This document shows positions 51,950 through 63,664 of a DNA stretch of 64,000 bases, piece after piece (positions within the stretch are counted from its first letter, which is position 1; each line of letters begins with the position of its first letter). Where the stretch lies: NCBI GenBank assembly GCA_963514005.1, contig OY740796.1, positions 35,712,001 to 35,776,000 of the forward strand, given 5' to 3'. The DNA comes from Raja brachyura. Taxonomy: Eukaryota. A program made the translations under genes and the position numbers. The notes under the pieces were generated by a model that worked only from the letters and a program-made list of their open reading frames with translations, was not told where the DNA came from and made no database searches.

Positions 51950-52480
51950 TCTTTAGAGAGGGATGCGACCCGAAATACTATTCTTTTTCCTCAGCGATAC
52001 TGCCTGACCCACGGAGTTACACCAGCATGTTGCATCTTCGGTGTAAACCAGCATATGCACTTTCTTGAGCAGATATAAAATGCTGGAGTAACTCAGCGGG
52101 ACAGGCAGCATCTCTGGAGAGAAAGAATGGGTGACGTTTCTGGTCGAGACCCTTCTTCAGACTGCACTTCTGCTCTTCCTTCCCACACACAGTGTTTTGT
52201 TTCATTCGGCCAGTGCCATGAGGTGCTTGATAGCGAGGGGAGAGGGGATGTGTGGGGTTGTTCAAATGTAGACGGTGTTCGGTTTCTCTGTGTTTTATCG
52301 CCGACAGGACAGAACTAGCCCATGAACAAGACCAAGTGTTAATTACGATTAAACGCGAAGTGTTGGAGTAACTCAACAGGTCGGGCAGCAACTGTGGAGG
52401 GAATGGATGCTGCCTAATCTGCTCATTTACTCCAGCACTTTGTGTTTACACAAGATGCCAGCATCTGCCGTTCCTTGTGT
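51950..52480. mobile_element. Cluster of Penelope-like termini (+ 51950-52070, - 52072-52165, inverted pair 52358-52480)
   Basis: Same terminal motif; the minus copy reads cagtCTGAAGAagggtctcgaccaGAAAcgtcac. Confidence 0.78.
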
Positions 52481-53802
52481 TTCACGTTATTTACAGCGGT
52501 CCGGTGATCCTGATTTCTTTTTAGTAGTAGCAAAATGTATTAAAGATCAAATCTGATATGGAATGGTTCCCTACTCCGTACCAGTCATTCAAAACAAGTT
52601 CATGTTGACTCGTGTTCAATGACTGATTTGTTTCTGAATCGTACAGAGGGTTGATGTATCGTGTCCCTTCCGCAGACGTTTCCATGTTACTGAGCGAACA
52701 CCCCAGCATCCATTCCTTAAAAGTGACTGGGAGCTTGATCTGCTCTTGATATTCAGATGGCATTGCTCAATGAACAGCCCGTTATCCCATTAACCGTCCT
52801 CTTTAATTAAAACAACCACTCAAGCAACGGACTGTACGGGGAAACGTTAGATGCAAGATTTTCCTTGTTGGAGATCCAGGCAATTTGCCTTTTTGGGAAG
52901 TTGCAAGATTTTTTTAAATTCCGAATTTAAAGGAATACCTGATTCAATTGATAGTTTTGGAAATGTTTTATTGATGAGTATCGTGAATAAGGTTATTGCG
53001 ATTTAATAAAAGCAAATTGACTAACATACCTAATATAATTTTTTTTTAATTAAACAATTTAGATTTTGATGAGTTTCTGGAGAGACCTGTGTTATGATTA
53101 GTCTCCAAGAGTCACAAGGAAATCAACTCTTGTAGTCCCAATCTGAATATGTATTTCAGGGCAGGAAACACACGACCCATTTGTCAGATATTGAAATGGT
53201 TGTGTGTGTCCTTTTTCCCCAGACAACTGTTTGGATATTGTAGTTAAGCATTTAAAGTGCATGTGTTGGGATAAAAAGAACAATTAAACAGTCAGCAATT
53301 AATTGGAAATGGTAGCAAAACAGGCATCAAAATAATTGGAGGTACTGCAGTGGTTATTTTATGAAGTAGTCGGATAGGATTGGACTTCAGGCCCCAATTG
53401 TGTTACGGCAGGGCATGGAACATCATCTGCCTTAGTTGTACTTCATTGCAAAATGAGATGTGGAAAAATAAAATGGGTAAATTAAGTTTGGCTAGATTGT
53501 GATATAATGTAAATGCAGTGAAATAAGTATTATAATTGTCTTTTTTTTTAATAACAATAATAAAAACATGAAAGAATTCACACATGCATGCTATTGTAAT
53601 ATTTAGAAAGTTAAAATTTCCCATTGTGTAATTGTAGTAAGATTTAATTTGTATCCTCTGGTCAAATACAGTATGTGCATGTCATTTACAATGCCTTTCA
53701 ATGGTAAACGAGACAAGAAGTGACACTTGTAAACCCAGTGGCTGTGCTGTACAAGCAAACCTTCTGAATTGTTGCATATGAACATGCATCAATTTCTGAT
53801 CT

Positions 53803-53955
53803 GAGGTGCAGGAGTAGGCCATTCTTCAGCCCTTCGAGCCAGCACCGCCATTCAATATGATCATGGCCGATCATCCAGAATCACTACCCCATTCCTGCTT
53901 TTTCCCCATATCCGTTGATTTTTTCTAGCCCGAAGAGCCATATCCAACTCTCTCT
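53803..53955 (-). mobile_element. CR1 3' terminus
   Basis: aggtgcaggagtaggccattc..cccttcgagccagcaccgccattcaatatgatcatggc. Confidence 0.8.
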
Positions 53956-54105
53956 TGATCTCTTGTCTTCAGTAGCAGCTGTGAAATCCGTCTTTTCTCT
54001 GTGATGGACCTTCAAATGCTTGATTTTTTTGTTGCAGTGTTGGCTTGAACAAGAGATCTTTGTTGTTGATATCATCAGGGTCAGGAAGTTGTGGAGTAAG
54101 TACCC

Positions 54106-54920
54106 GGACGTGGCACCGACAGACAAGAAGCCGAAGCAAAGAAGTTGAAGCCAAAGAACGGAATGGAAATGAGGCCGAACCTCCAATAAACCGAAAGAGT
54201 CCGAAGACAAAACGCCTACTAAACGAAAAGATGGGTCGCCTAAATGCAAACTAACCGAAAGGGCGGGACGCCTAAATCCCAAGGAACCGAAAAGCTGCAT
54301 TGCCAAAAAGCAAACTTACCGAATGGCCGCCCTGTCGAAACGCCACCTACCCGAAAGGCGGCGTCGCCTACAGGCCAAAGGACCGGCTGCCGCTCAACAG
54401 AATCGTCCAATAATGGACTTGACGTTACCGGGGGCGGGACTTGTCAGCGATTGGTCCAGACCCCCGTGTCCATCACATCACTGTGGAGGGATGAACATTG
54501 TCCCACACTTCCGCTCCACCCGACCCACAGCCCACGGAGGGTGGCCATGGGAGAGGTAGGGCGAGACAGGCGGGGGTCTGTACCAATCGCTGACGTTGCA
54601 ACATTATGTCCGTTATTGGACGTTTCTGTTGAGCGGCAGTCGGTCCTTTGGCCTGTAGGGGACGCCGCCTTTCGGGTAGGTGGCGTTTTGACAGAGCGGC
54701 CATTCGGTAAGTTTGCTTTTAGGTGATGCAGCTTTTCAGTTCCTTGGGATTTAGGCGTCCCGCCCTTTCGGTTAGTTTGCATTTAGGCGACCCATCCTTT
54801 CAGTTAGTAGGCGTTTCGTCTTTGGACTCTTTCAGTTTATTGGCATTTTGGCCTCGTTTCCATTCCGTTCTTTGGCTTCGACTTCTTTGTCTCGGCCTCT
54901 CGTCCGTCGGTGCCATGTCC
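54106..54920. mobile_element. Foldback / Mutator-like non-autonomous element with ~360-bp TIRs
   Basis: Arms ~54106-54465 and ~54572-54920 are reverse complements (mirror ORFs MQTNRKGGTPKSQGTEKLH on both strands); direct repeat tgtggagtaagta at 54090-54102 and 54928-54940. Confidence 0.85.
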
Positions 54921-55287
54921 ACACACATGTGGAGTAAGTAGAACGCAAGCTAGCAGAAGCAAGTAACTACTGGAAGAAGAGAATCCACTATACACTACCA
55001 CTTGGAACGTAGGCAAGGCGAGAGTGATGAGAGTACAGTTTACCATCCTTTATCATCTGTGGTCACATGAGAGACTGTTTGACAGTTCAGCTACTCGATA
55101 GATCCTGTTTGTTAGCATGGTTGCCAATAATCACCGAAAAGGTTTCATTTAAAAAAATCAAATAACAAGTTCACCTTTTCCATGTCTCAACACACAGTGT
55201 ACACAGTACGCTATGGAGATATTGATTATTTGGGTTTTCACTTTTTTTTCATTTACAACAAATAATTGGAAAGTTTGAATCCAAGAT

Positions 55288-55668
55288 TTAGTTTAGTTTA
55301 GAGATATACAATAGACAATAGGTGCAGAAGTAGGCCATTTGGCCCTTCGAGCCAACACCACCATTCAATGTGATCATGGCTGATCATCCCCAATCAGTAC
55401 CCAATATAGCGTAGAAACGGGCACTTCGGCCGACTGAGTATGCCGACCATGGGTACACAGATCAGCAAAGGGACAATTTATAGAAGCCAATTAATCTGCA
55501 AACCTGCATGTTTTTGGAATGTGGGAGGAAACTAGAGCACCCGGGAAAAGCCCATGCTGTCACAGTGAAAACATACAAACCACATATAAACAGCACTAAT
55601 AGTCAGGATCGAACCATGGTCTCTGTCGCTGTAATATAGAAACTCTACCGCTGTGCCACCATGCCCTG
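55288..55668 (-). mobile_element. V-SINE-like element with a nested CR1 3' tail (~55310-55403)
   Basis: tttagtttagtttagagata tail, SINE core, and inserted aatagacaataggtgcagaagtaggccatt... Confidence 0.78.
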
Positions 55669-55964
55669 ACATTTCCAACCAATCCATTCTAGCTGCCTCT
55701 GGTTTTAATTGGCTAAAGGAAACGGGCCGTTTTAATAACGGGTACTAGGTCCCATCCAATAAATGAGCGATTTCACTAAGATATAGTTATTATTTTCTGA
55801 ATGGAAGGTATAGATGTTTACTGTCAATCTGGCAACATGGCTGAAAGGTGCAGATTATAGAATTCCAGTAGGGTACACTTTGGTTGGCAGGCAAACAAAC
55901 TATGTACACGATAGTACACAGATCCCACATTATCTGTGGTTATTTTGTGGTCTATGAAAAATCA

Positions 55965-56290
55965 TAGCATGGAAACGGGTCTTTCAGCCTAGTCCACATC
56001 AATCATCAAAAACCTATTGTTTTAATGCTAATACTTCCTAAAATCACTCTATTCTCTTCTCATTCCTATAGGTCCATCCTCAATTCCATCACTCAACTGC
56101 TTATTTGGTGCAATTTACATTGGGTAATTAACCAACCAATTTGCATATTTTTGGAAAGTGGGAGGAGACCAGCAAACCAGACAAAACTCTCATTCACAGC
56201 GAGAACGCACAAACTCCACGCTCACAGCATTAGGGAGTCAGGAATTAACTCGAGTTGCTGGCGCTCTACCAGTTGCACCACCCCAGTGTG
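55965..56290 (-). mobile_element. V-SINE-like element, old
   Basis: gaacgcacaaactccacgctcacagca...gtcaggaattaactc. Confidence 0.6.
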
Positions 56291-57038
56291 TAAGGTCTCT
56301 GAGATCCATGCTTGAGCAGGGGAATAGGGAGTAATCACTAATTATATGGAGCTTATTTAAACCAGAGAAGCTAAGCTTCAATCATGTAGCAGCTCTTTAC
56401 CCATGTGTTGAAGTATAGATATTTTGGGACACTTCAGTCTGGTATGAGAAAGGGCTGTTGACTCATCCTGCTCTTTTCAACACCTTTCAATTCAGCTGTT
56501 GTGGTTAGTTATACGTCTCTATTAATACCCATAACATAATTTTTTTTTAAATAAAAGATAAATCAAACTAAAAGGTCAAGGTTGAAGAGGCAACAAAAAA
56601 ATCGAACTAGTTAAGAAATTGAAGAACAATCAATTTTTGGACTGTAAAGCTAAACAATGGTAGCAATCCGCACACCAAGGCAAATTCCTTGTATGTGAAT
56701 ACTTGGCCAATAAACGTACTTACTTACTTACAATCCGAGCAAAAATAAATGATATAAAAACCATGTAATAGTTCTTCATTTAAAGACTAATGGGAAGAAT
56801 GTGTGAAGTTATGCACAAAATGCTGGACTATCTCAGCGGGACAGGCAGCATCTCTGGGGAGAAGGAATGGGTGACGATTCAGGTAGAGATCCTTCTTCAG
56901 ACTGAGAGTCTGAGGAGAGGGAAACTAGAGATATGGAAGTGTTAAAGAAGGAACTGCAGATGCTGGAGAATCGAGGGTTACACAAAAAGCTGGAGAAACT
57001 CAGCGGGTGCAGCAGCATCTAAGGAGTGAAGGAGATAG

Positions 57039-57070
57039 GCGACGTTTCGGGTCGAGACCCTTCTTCAGTC
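57039..57070 (-). ncRNA. Minimal type I hammerhead ribozyme motif, mirror copy
   Basis: Identical core on the minus strand; stem I is weaker. Confidence 0.65.
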
Positions 57071-57099
57071 TGAAGAAGGGTCTCGACCCGAAACGTCGC
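57068..57099 (+). ncRNA. Minimal type I hammerhead ribozyme motif
   Basis: gt-CTGAAGA-a-GGG tctcga CCC-GAAA-cgTC-gc: core boxes, stem II and palindromic ACGT stem III; predicted cut after C57097. Confidence 0.75.
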
Positions 57100-57371
57100 C
57101 TATCTCCTTCACTCCTTAGATGCTGCTGCACCCGCTGAGTTTCTCCAGCTTTTTGTGTAACCCTAGAGATATGGAAGGGTGCGGTTAACACGTAAGGTGT
57201 GAAGAGGACTGATCAAAGCAGACGCCGATCAAAGAAAATGTACAATGGTTCATTGTTGGCCTGGGGGAAGGTGACAAGGAGGCATACAAATAGAAAAACT
57301 AATCAGGAGGACAGTGTAATTATTTGGAGAACTAGGGTGGGGGAGAGATGGAGAGAGAGGGAAAGCAAGGG

Positions 57372-57547
57372 TTACTTGAAGTTAGAAAAATCAACATTCA
57401 TACAGCTGGGTTGTAAGCTGCCCAAGCGAAATATGAGGTGCTGCTCTTCCAATTTGCATTTGGCCTCACTCTGACAGTAGGGGAGGCCCAGGACAGAAAG
57501 GTCAGTATGGGAATGGGAGAGATAAAGCATTTAGCAACTGGGAGATC
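57372..57547 (-). pseudogene. Penelope GIY-YIG endonuclease C-terminal remnant
   Basis: DLPVAKCF / HSHTDLSVLGLPYCQSEAKCKLEEQHLIFRLGSLQPSCMNVDFSNFK*; carries the conserved Glu and Asn motifs. Confidence 0.82.
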
Positions 57548-59254
57548 AGAAGAATATGTTCCATTTTGAGTTATGGGGAAACAAAGGAAAACTAACCTTG
57601 TGTAACTTAGGGTGGGAAGGCTGTGACAGTAGATTGTCAATAATTATTGGTGACGAAAGCTAAATTATTAGATCATGACGGGTTTTCTCTGCCCCTCTCT
57701 ACAGGTATGTGAGTACATGGGTGAATGGAAGGATATGGTGGCAATATTCAAATTGTGCAAAAGAAAGATGAGATTACAGTGTGAAGCGTTGTTCTCTCTC
57801 TCTCACACACCTTTTGTTTATGGCAGCAAGCTCCTGGCTGTGAAATTGAATGTGACCGGAATGCATGATAGTGGTGAATGATGGGGCACATACCTTTCAT
57901 TCTGCATGCATTTTAAAATGATGTAACTCACCAGGTAACTCCAGGTTAAGAGTGCAACTAAACTTGATCTGCACCAACACTTTCTCTCTGCATCTAAATC
58001 TTGTAATCCTCCACTCATTTACCATTATTTGTCTTTTGGCTTTAAGGAACCTGAGGAAATAATTGTTTAGTAATCATGATTTGATAGGATAATTCTGGCA
58101 TAATTATTAAAGGACCCTTTGGTCATTTTCAGTGTCTACTAATCACTAACTTGATTAACCACTTACTGAATCTGATAGTAATCGGAAACTCATCATTGGT
58201 TTTGAACATCTTTACATCAACATTAAAAGCAGAAGAATGATACAACTGGATTACCTGAAGCATTAAAATCTCTGCTTTTTAAGGAATTTCTGTGAATTAC
58301 ATGTATATAAAGTTTATATTCACAGTTTATACCACCGTGTGATCATTGCCTGATTGGAGTGCAGCTACCTCCACACACAAACCCAAACCTTTTTTATTTC
58401 AGTGTTGGGATGCCAAACTGTGCAACTGAATGCATGATTTGTGTTCTGTATCAAACAATGAACATTGTACTCCCCAATTAAAAAGGAAGGGGTTAAAATA
58501 TCTGGGAGAATTTTGCTCTAGAGTTTGCAATGGTCATCTAGCATGATTTAGACATTCAAGCAGGATGAGAAGATTTGGATGCAGCAGAACTGGCAAGTTA
58601 GGATACTTGTGTGCACTTCATCGAACACAACCAGATAGATTGCTCGTGAGACATTGGCTAAGAAATTATAATGTATCCAGTGTTTGACAAGCACTGAAGT
58701 GAAGTACCCAGGTTTCCATCTGCTTTTTGTCTGGTCCCTTTCCCACTTCCATTCCTTTGGCTCTAATATTTGCATCCAAACCACGTTGTGAGAGTTATCT
58801 TATCCCTGGTCATTTCAAAAATACATTAGGTATTCTCTATAAGCTTTGTTTCTTTTTGCAGTTGAGCCTTTCCTTATGAACCTCATTTGTTTTCTAACAG
58901 TCTTGAGCTACTTATTCATGAGACATGGTAATGTACTCTCATCCCTTTACAATTTTGCTGTAATATTGTGATTCTACAGATGTTTGAATCTCTTTTATTT
59001 TCTCTCCTTATCTTTTAGACTGTGTTCTGACCCTAATTGTTTCACACTTCATAAGGTCCTTTATAGATGTAATCTTGTTGTTCTGTCCCTGTTTATCTCT
59101 CTTCCTCCAACATAAGATTGCAATTTAATTTACTACTCTTCCCTTCACAGTCTGCAAGTTTGAAATATATTTTGAACATCCTCTTGCAGTTGGCATTTCT
59201 CTCTGATTATCATCATGCATCATTTCTCAACTTTGATCTTTGTAGATGCATGTT

Positions 59255-59390
59255 ACATTTGTTCACTGCATATATCTATACACTGTAAATGGCTCAATTG
59301 TAATCATGTATTGTCTTTCCACTGACTGGTTAGCACGCAACAAAAGCTTTTCACTATACCTCGGTACACATGACAATAAACTAAATTAAT
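59255..59390 (+). mobile_element. LINE 3' tail (Rex/Babar-like, family uncertain); related tail at 22150-22235
   Basis: gcacgcaacaaaagcttttcactatacctcggtacacatgacaataaactaaa vs gcaaggaacaacgtttttcaccgtatctctggacacgtgaccataac. Confidence 0.5.
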
Positions 59391-59446
59391 TTGCTTTAAC
59401 AATCTATAACTTAATGTTGGCAATGTTAAACAATCTATACCTGACT

Positions 59447-59545
59447 AGTCTGAAGAAGGAACTCGACCCGAAACATCACCCATTCCTTCTCTTCAGAGAT
59501 GCTGCCTGTCCCGCTGAGTTACTCCAGCTTTTTGTGTCTATTTTC
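59447..59545 (+). mobile_element. Penelope-like terminal repeat with near-intact hammerhead
   Basis: agtCTGAAGAaggaactcgacccGAAAcatcacc. Confidence 0.8.
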
Positions 59546-59596
59546 AATCATTACAAGATCATTCCATTACAACAACAATATTGACACCACCATGTT

Positions 59597-59805
59597 GGAT
59601 GGCATAGTGATATAGCATTTAGTGCCACTGTCTTCCAGTTCCAAGGATCCATGTGCAATCTTGACCTCAGCTGCTGTACGTGTTGGGATTTTATGTCCCC
59701 ATCTCCCCCTCTGCTCCCCTCTGCCCCCCCCCCCCGTGGGGTTTCTACATGGTACTGGAATTTCCTCTTACAGGACAAAGTTAATTGGTAGCTTAATTGG
59801 CTAGT
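59597..59805 (+). mobile_element. V-SINE-like element, old
   Basis: ggatggcatagtg...gatccatgtgcaatcttgacctcagctgctgt...gtggggtttc. Confidence 0.55.
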
Positions 59806-61416
59806 AAAAATACCGCTTTAGTGGCAAAAGAACCAAACAGGGAATTGATGGGTATGTAAGTTTCAGGGGAAAAGGAAAATGAGACCTCTGTGGGTACCAA
59901 ACATAAATCCTTTTGTGCTGTTAAAGTAAAATGCACTAGGAATACTTTAAAATTGGCTGATGCATGTAACACATTTCACCATATCTTCAAATTATTTAAT
60001 ACATGCAGTACGTGCCTTCATTCAAATCAATAGCATCATCTGTCATGTGATGACATCTCTACAATGAAGCTAAAGACTGGATGGGAAGTGCATCTAAACT
60101 CTGTCTCTAGTATGTCACAGCTCACTATGGCAATCAATGTGGAGATAGTGATGGAGTGGTTGTTGCATGTACCAGCATCCGGCTTCCCACTCATATTGGA
60201 TGTATTTCTTGCATTTGATGTGTGCGTGAATCCTAGACATGGTGAGGGGTGAACAATAGATAGGGGATGGTTCCTTATAGTCTACAGTCAACTTGGTTTG
60301 GGGTGTTGGTTCCAATGAATCCAATCTCCATGGAGCTGCCCTTTAGCTTCACTGATGTTGACCTGTAAACTCCATCTCATTAATAATAGTGGATTAAGGC
60401 TGTTTTAAAATAACCAACTTTGATATGTGTAGCATTATACTGATTCAAGGTAGATTAATGTGTTTGCTAAATAAAATTAGGAATTCCAGGGGACAAAGGA
60501 AGGAAAAAGATGTAAATTGTTGCACGTGATTTTTGGGAATGATTCACTGTAACAAAATATCAGTCTATGAAACACTAGCCAATTACTTGGGAACAATTTT
60601 TTTTTTCCCAAAAAGCCATTACGTTTGTGTTTCCAATAGCCGGGGAGAGTTAAATCAAAACATATGTTGTTCAAACCTCCATCTCGAATACAATGCACTT
60701 TTGAACAGCTGTTTGAAAAAATATTTGCTTTTTTCTTTGTGAATTGCAAATCGACATGATGGTTATAGAGGTTGTTGATATCAAAGGTTTAGATTTTGTA
60801 GAAGAGGCTTCCTTTTTTTTCTTGGTTTGTGGAACTTGAATCCGACAAGATGTCTCTATGTCAAAGGATTGAAATATCAAACGACAGAAGATTAAAAATA
60901 TGGAAACATTAGAAAATTGGGAAAACTGCCAAAAATTTACAGTAATGAAATAACCCAGTGCAATAAATTATGATGGGAAGTCAAAAGTATGAATGGGTTC
61001 CAGAAGTATTAAATGTGTCTTTCTTCAGAAATATACAAAGAGGGCTCTAAACCATCTGAAGAGTAATCTTCAGAATCTGCAAGAGAATGTGCAGGAATTT
61101 AAATCTGACGACATGTTAAGCATATTGTAGACAGTTAGCTCTATCAATACATCAACTTGCGACAGAAGTATTGTAATAAACAACCATACGTTCATCATTT
61201 AAACATGAGTGTCTGTGCCATAGAACCAAGTGAACAGATGAATCCACAGCCTTTTGTGCACTTGGCCAAGAATGAATGGTGCAGGTGCCAGCGTACAAAA
61301 GGGGGAGCAGAAATATACATGCTGAATTCAGCACCCTACTTGGCTAACACAAGTTAGCCTGATAGCTAATGGGACCAACCTACCCACAGGTTAAAGAGCA
61401 GTCACCTGCTACTGTC

Positions 61417-61541
61417 AGAAGGAACTGCAGATGCTGGAAAATCGAAGGTAGACAAAAGTGCTGGAGAAACTCAGCGGGTGCGGCTGCATCTATGGAGCGA
61501 AGAAAATAGGCAACGTTTCGGGCTGAAACCCTTCTTCAGAT
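61417..61541 (-). mobile_element. Penelope-like terminal repeat with intact-looking hammerhead core (61512-61539)
   Basis: Minus strand CTGAAGAagggtttcagcccGAAAcgtt. Confidence 0.82.
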
Positions 61542-61697
61542 GAGATATCAGATACTAGTGTTCCAGGGTCCACCTGGCTATTTTGGTGATATCAGTAGGT
61601 GTCATCAGTAGGCATTCCAGGGATCACCTGGCTATTTTGGTGCCGTCAGTCTATTGCCTATTGTCCTCTGCTCTCCATTTTCTCCATTGTTGTTGTT

Positions 61698-62100
61698 GGA
61701 GATTGAGGGGGGATCTTATAGAAACTTACAAAATTCTTAAGGGGTTGGACAGGCTAGATGCAGGAAGATTGTTCCCGATGTTGGGGAGGTCCAGGACAAG
61801 GGGTCACAGCTTAAGGATAAGGGGGAAATCCTTTAAGATCGAGATGGGAAGGACTTTTTTCACACAGAGAGTGGTGGGTCTCTGGAACTCTGCCACAGAG
61901 GGTAGTTGAGGCCAGTTTATTGGCTATATTTAAGAGGGAGTTAGATGTGGCCCTTGTGGCTAAGGGGATCAGAGGGTATGGAGAGAAGGCAGGTACGGGA
62001 TACAGAGTTGGATGATCAGCCATGATCATATTGAATGGCGGTGCACGCTCGAAGGGCCGAATGGCCTACTCCTGCACCTAATTTCTATGTTTCTATGTTT
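61698..62100 (+). mobile_element. CR1 LINE 3' end, young, with (TTTCTATG)n tail
   Basis: RLRGDLIETYKILKGLDRLDAGRLFP...FFTQRVVGLWNS; ends atttctatgtttctatgttt. Confidence 0.92.
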
Positions 62101-62349
62101 TGCTTAATTTGCACTTGGTTGGGGAAACTTCAAAAATGAATTTGAAGAAATGACTGTCCAAATGTCAAATATTTTCATGCTGTGGCTAAGCATTAGCAGG
62201 ATGCTGGGCAGAAAGAGAACAGTATTGCTTCTTGCTGAATATTGCTTACTTAGCTTCTCTTTTTTACAGCGTGCAATAAAAAGTAGGCAATAGAATCTAA
62301 CATCTCAATGTGAATTCACATTTGCTAGCACTTTGGCATGTATAGTTGA

Positions 62350-62660
62350 GTTTAAGTTTAGTTTAGAGATAAAGCGCCGAAGCAAGCCCTTCGCCCAACC
62401 GGCTCTGCGCCGACCAGTGATTACCGCATATTAACACTATCCTACAGCCACTAGGGACAGTTTTTATATTTATCAAGCCAATTAACCTACAAACCTGTAA
62501 GTCTTATGGGGGGGAAACCGAAGATCTCAGAGAAAACCCACACAGGGAGAACATACAAACTCCGCACAGACAGCACCTGTAGTCAGGATAGAATACGGGT
62601 CTCCGGCGCTGCATTCGCTGTAAGGCAGCAACTCTACCGCTGCACCACCCTGCTGCCGCA
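62350..62660 (-). mobile_element. V-SINE-like element, near full length
   Basis: gtttagtttagagata tail through gctgtaaggcagcaactctaccgctgcaccacc head. Confidence 0.85.
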
Positions 62661-63664
62661 TTCATTCGGTATTCACTGAAAAAGACTAAAAATATCTATT
62701 TTTCCTCACAAAATTATCTGTCGTCTGTTTAGAAGTGAAATTACATTGCTAAAATCAATGCTTATATTAATAATTGCAATGATTTAAGGAGACGTTTGAT
62801 GGAAAAGATAGCTTTTTGCAGAAGTTTGTTCAAATTGATCCATTGACAGTATATTTATTTCTGTCAGAAATCACAGCATCTGTAATAAACCTGATTTCGT
62901 TCGCATCTCCTCGCCTGCAACTGCTAATTGTAGACCTTCTCTTATAAAACAAAGTGGGAGCTGTGGCTTTAACCTTTCTTTGAAAATGCTGCACAGAAAT
63001 AATCCAAAAGTCCGTGGGTCTAGTCCAATGACCACAGGCAAATTCCACTGTCTGATCAGAGAAGGATGAAAACATGTGTCTCTCCCAACCACAATGGGAT
63101 TCCAACACAACTGCTAAAGCAATTGTGCATGTTTCCATATTATTGTATTTCTTTGAAATAGTCTTGCATCAGAGTATGAACGCATCATAAATATTAATTT
63201 ACGGTCGGATCATGATAAGATTAATTTAATTTTTAATATATATAAGATTAACAGCTAATAAACAGGATGTTGTTCAATTCTGAAAACAGACTATTTGTAC
63301 AATGCTGGGATCTTTTTGTTTTTTCAATCTGCAGACGTTATTTGGATCAGATATTAAGTCCGCTAGCTATTGAGTTTATAGTGTCCATAAATGGAAGAAG
63401 GCACAAATGTGATTCGTTGATTTACTGGATAGAATGCAGAACAAAGTTTTTGTTTTTCCACTGTATCTTGCCATACATGACAATAATCATAAACAAATAT
63501 GCCAAATGTCCACCCAAGACACTTGAATGCCTACACGTTTTAACTGAGTTTGAGAAAATATGTTTACTTCAGTTTCTAAATGGCGGCAATAGAACTGGTT
63601 CAAAGAAGCGCATGTACTTTCAACGATGATTGGGGATGTCCACATCTCCAATGGTAGACATTCA

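Larger units (their letters stand above)
50300..52510. promoter_or_regulatory. CpG island, putative bidirectional promoter
   Basis: High GC and retained CpGs in non-repeat sequence (50300-50680, 51200-51400, 51740-51950) against a CpG-depleted background; YY1-like gcgccatgt at ~51250; RFX-half-site-like GGCAAC/GTTGC motifs. Confidence 0.65.
56974..57164. repeat. Perfect palindrome, 95-bp arms, 1-nt spacer (T57069)
   Basis: 56974-57068 is the exact reverse complement of 57070-57164; 15-bp direct repeat ctagagatatggaag at 56925-56939 and 57163-57177. Confidence 0.97.
56812..57549 (-). mobile_element. Penelope-like element 3' end (endonuclease C-terminus, 3' UTR, terminal repeat) with nested insertion
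   Basis: ORF end at 57372, a pyrimidine-rich UTR, then the hammerhead-bearing terminal repeat 56812-56905. Confidence 0.85.

Noticed and set aside
52521-52763. 80-aa ORF with an NPLY (NPxY) motif
   Set aside because: A single short motif with no transmembrane segment or exon support.
54244-54782. Near-identical ORFs on opposite strands as a duplicated gene pair
   Set aside because: They are the mirror consequence of the foldback TIRs.
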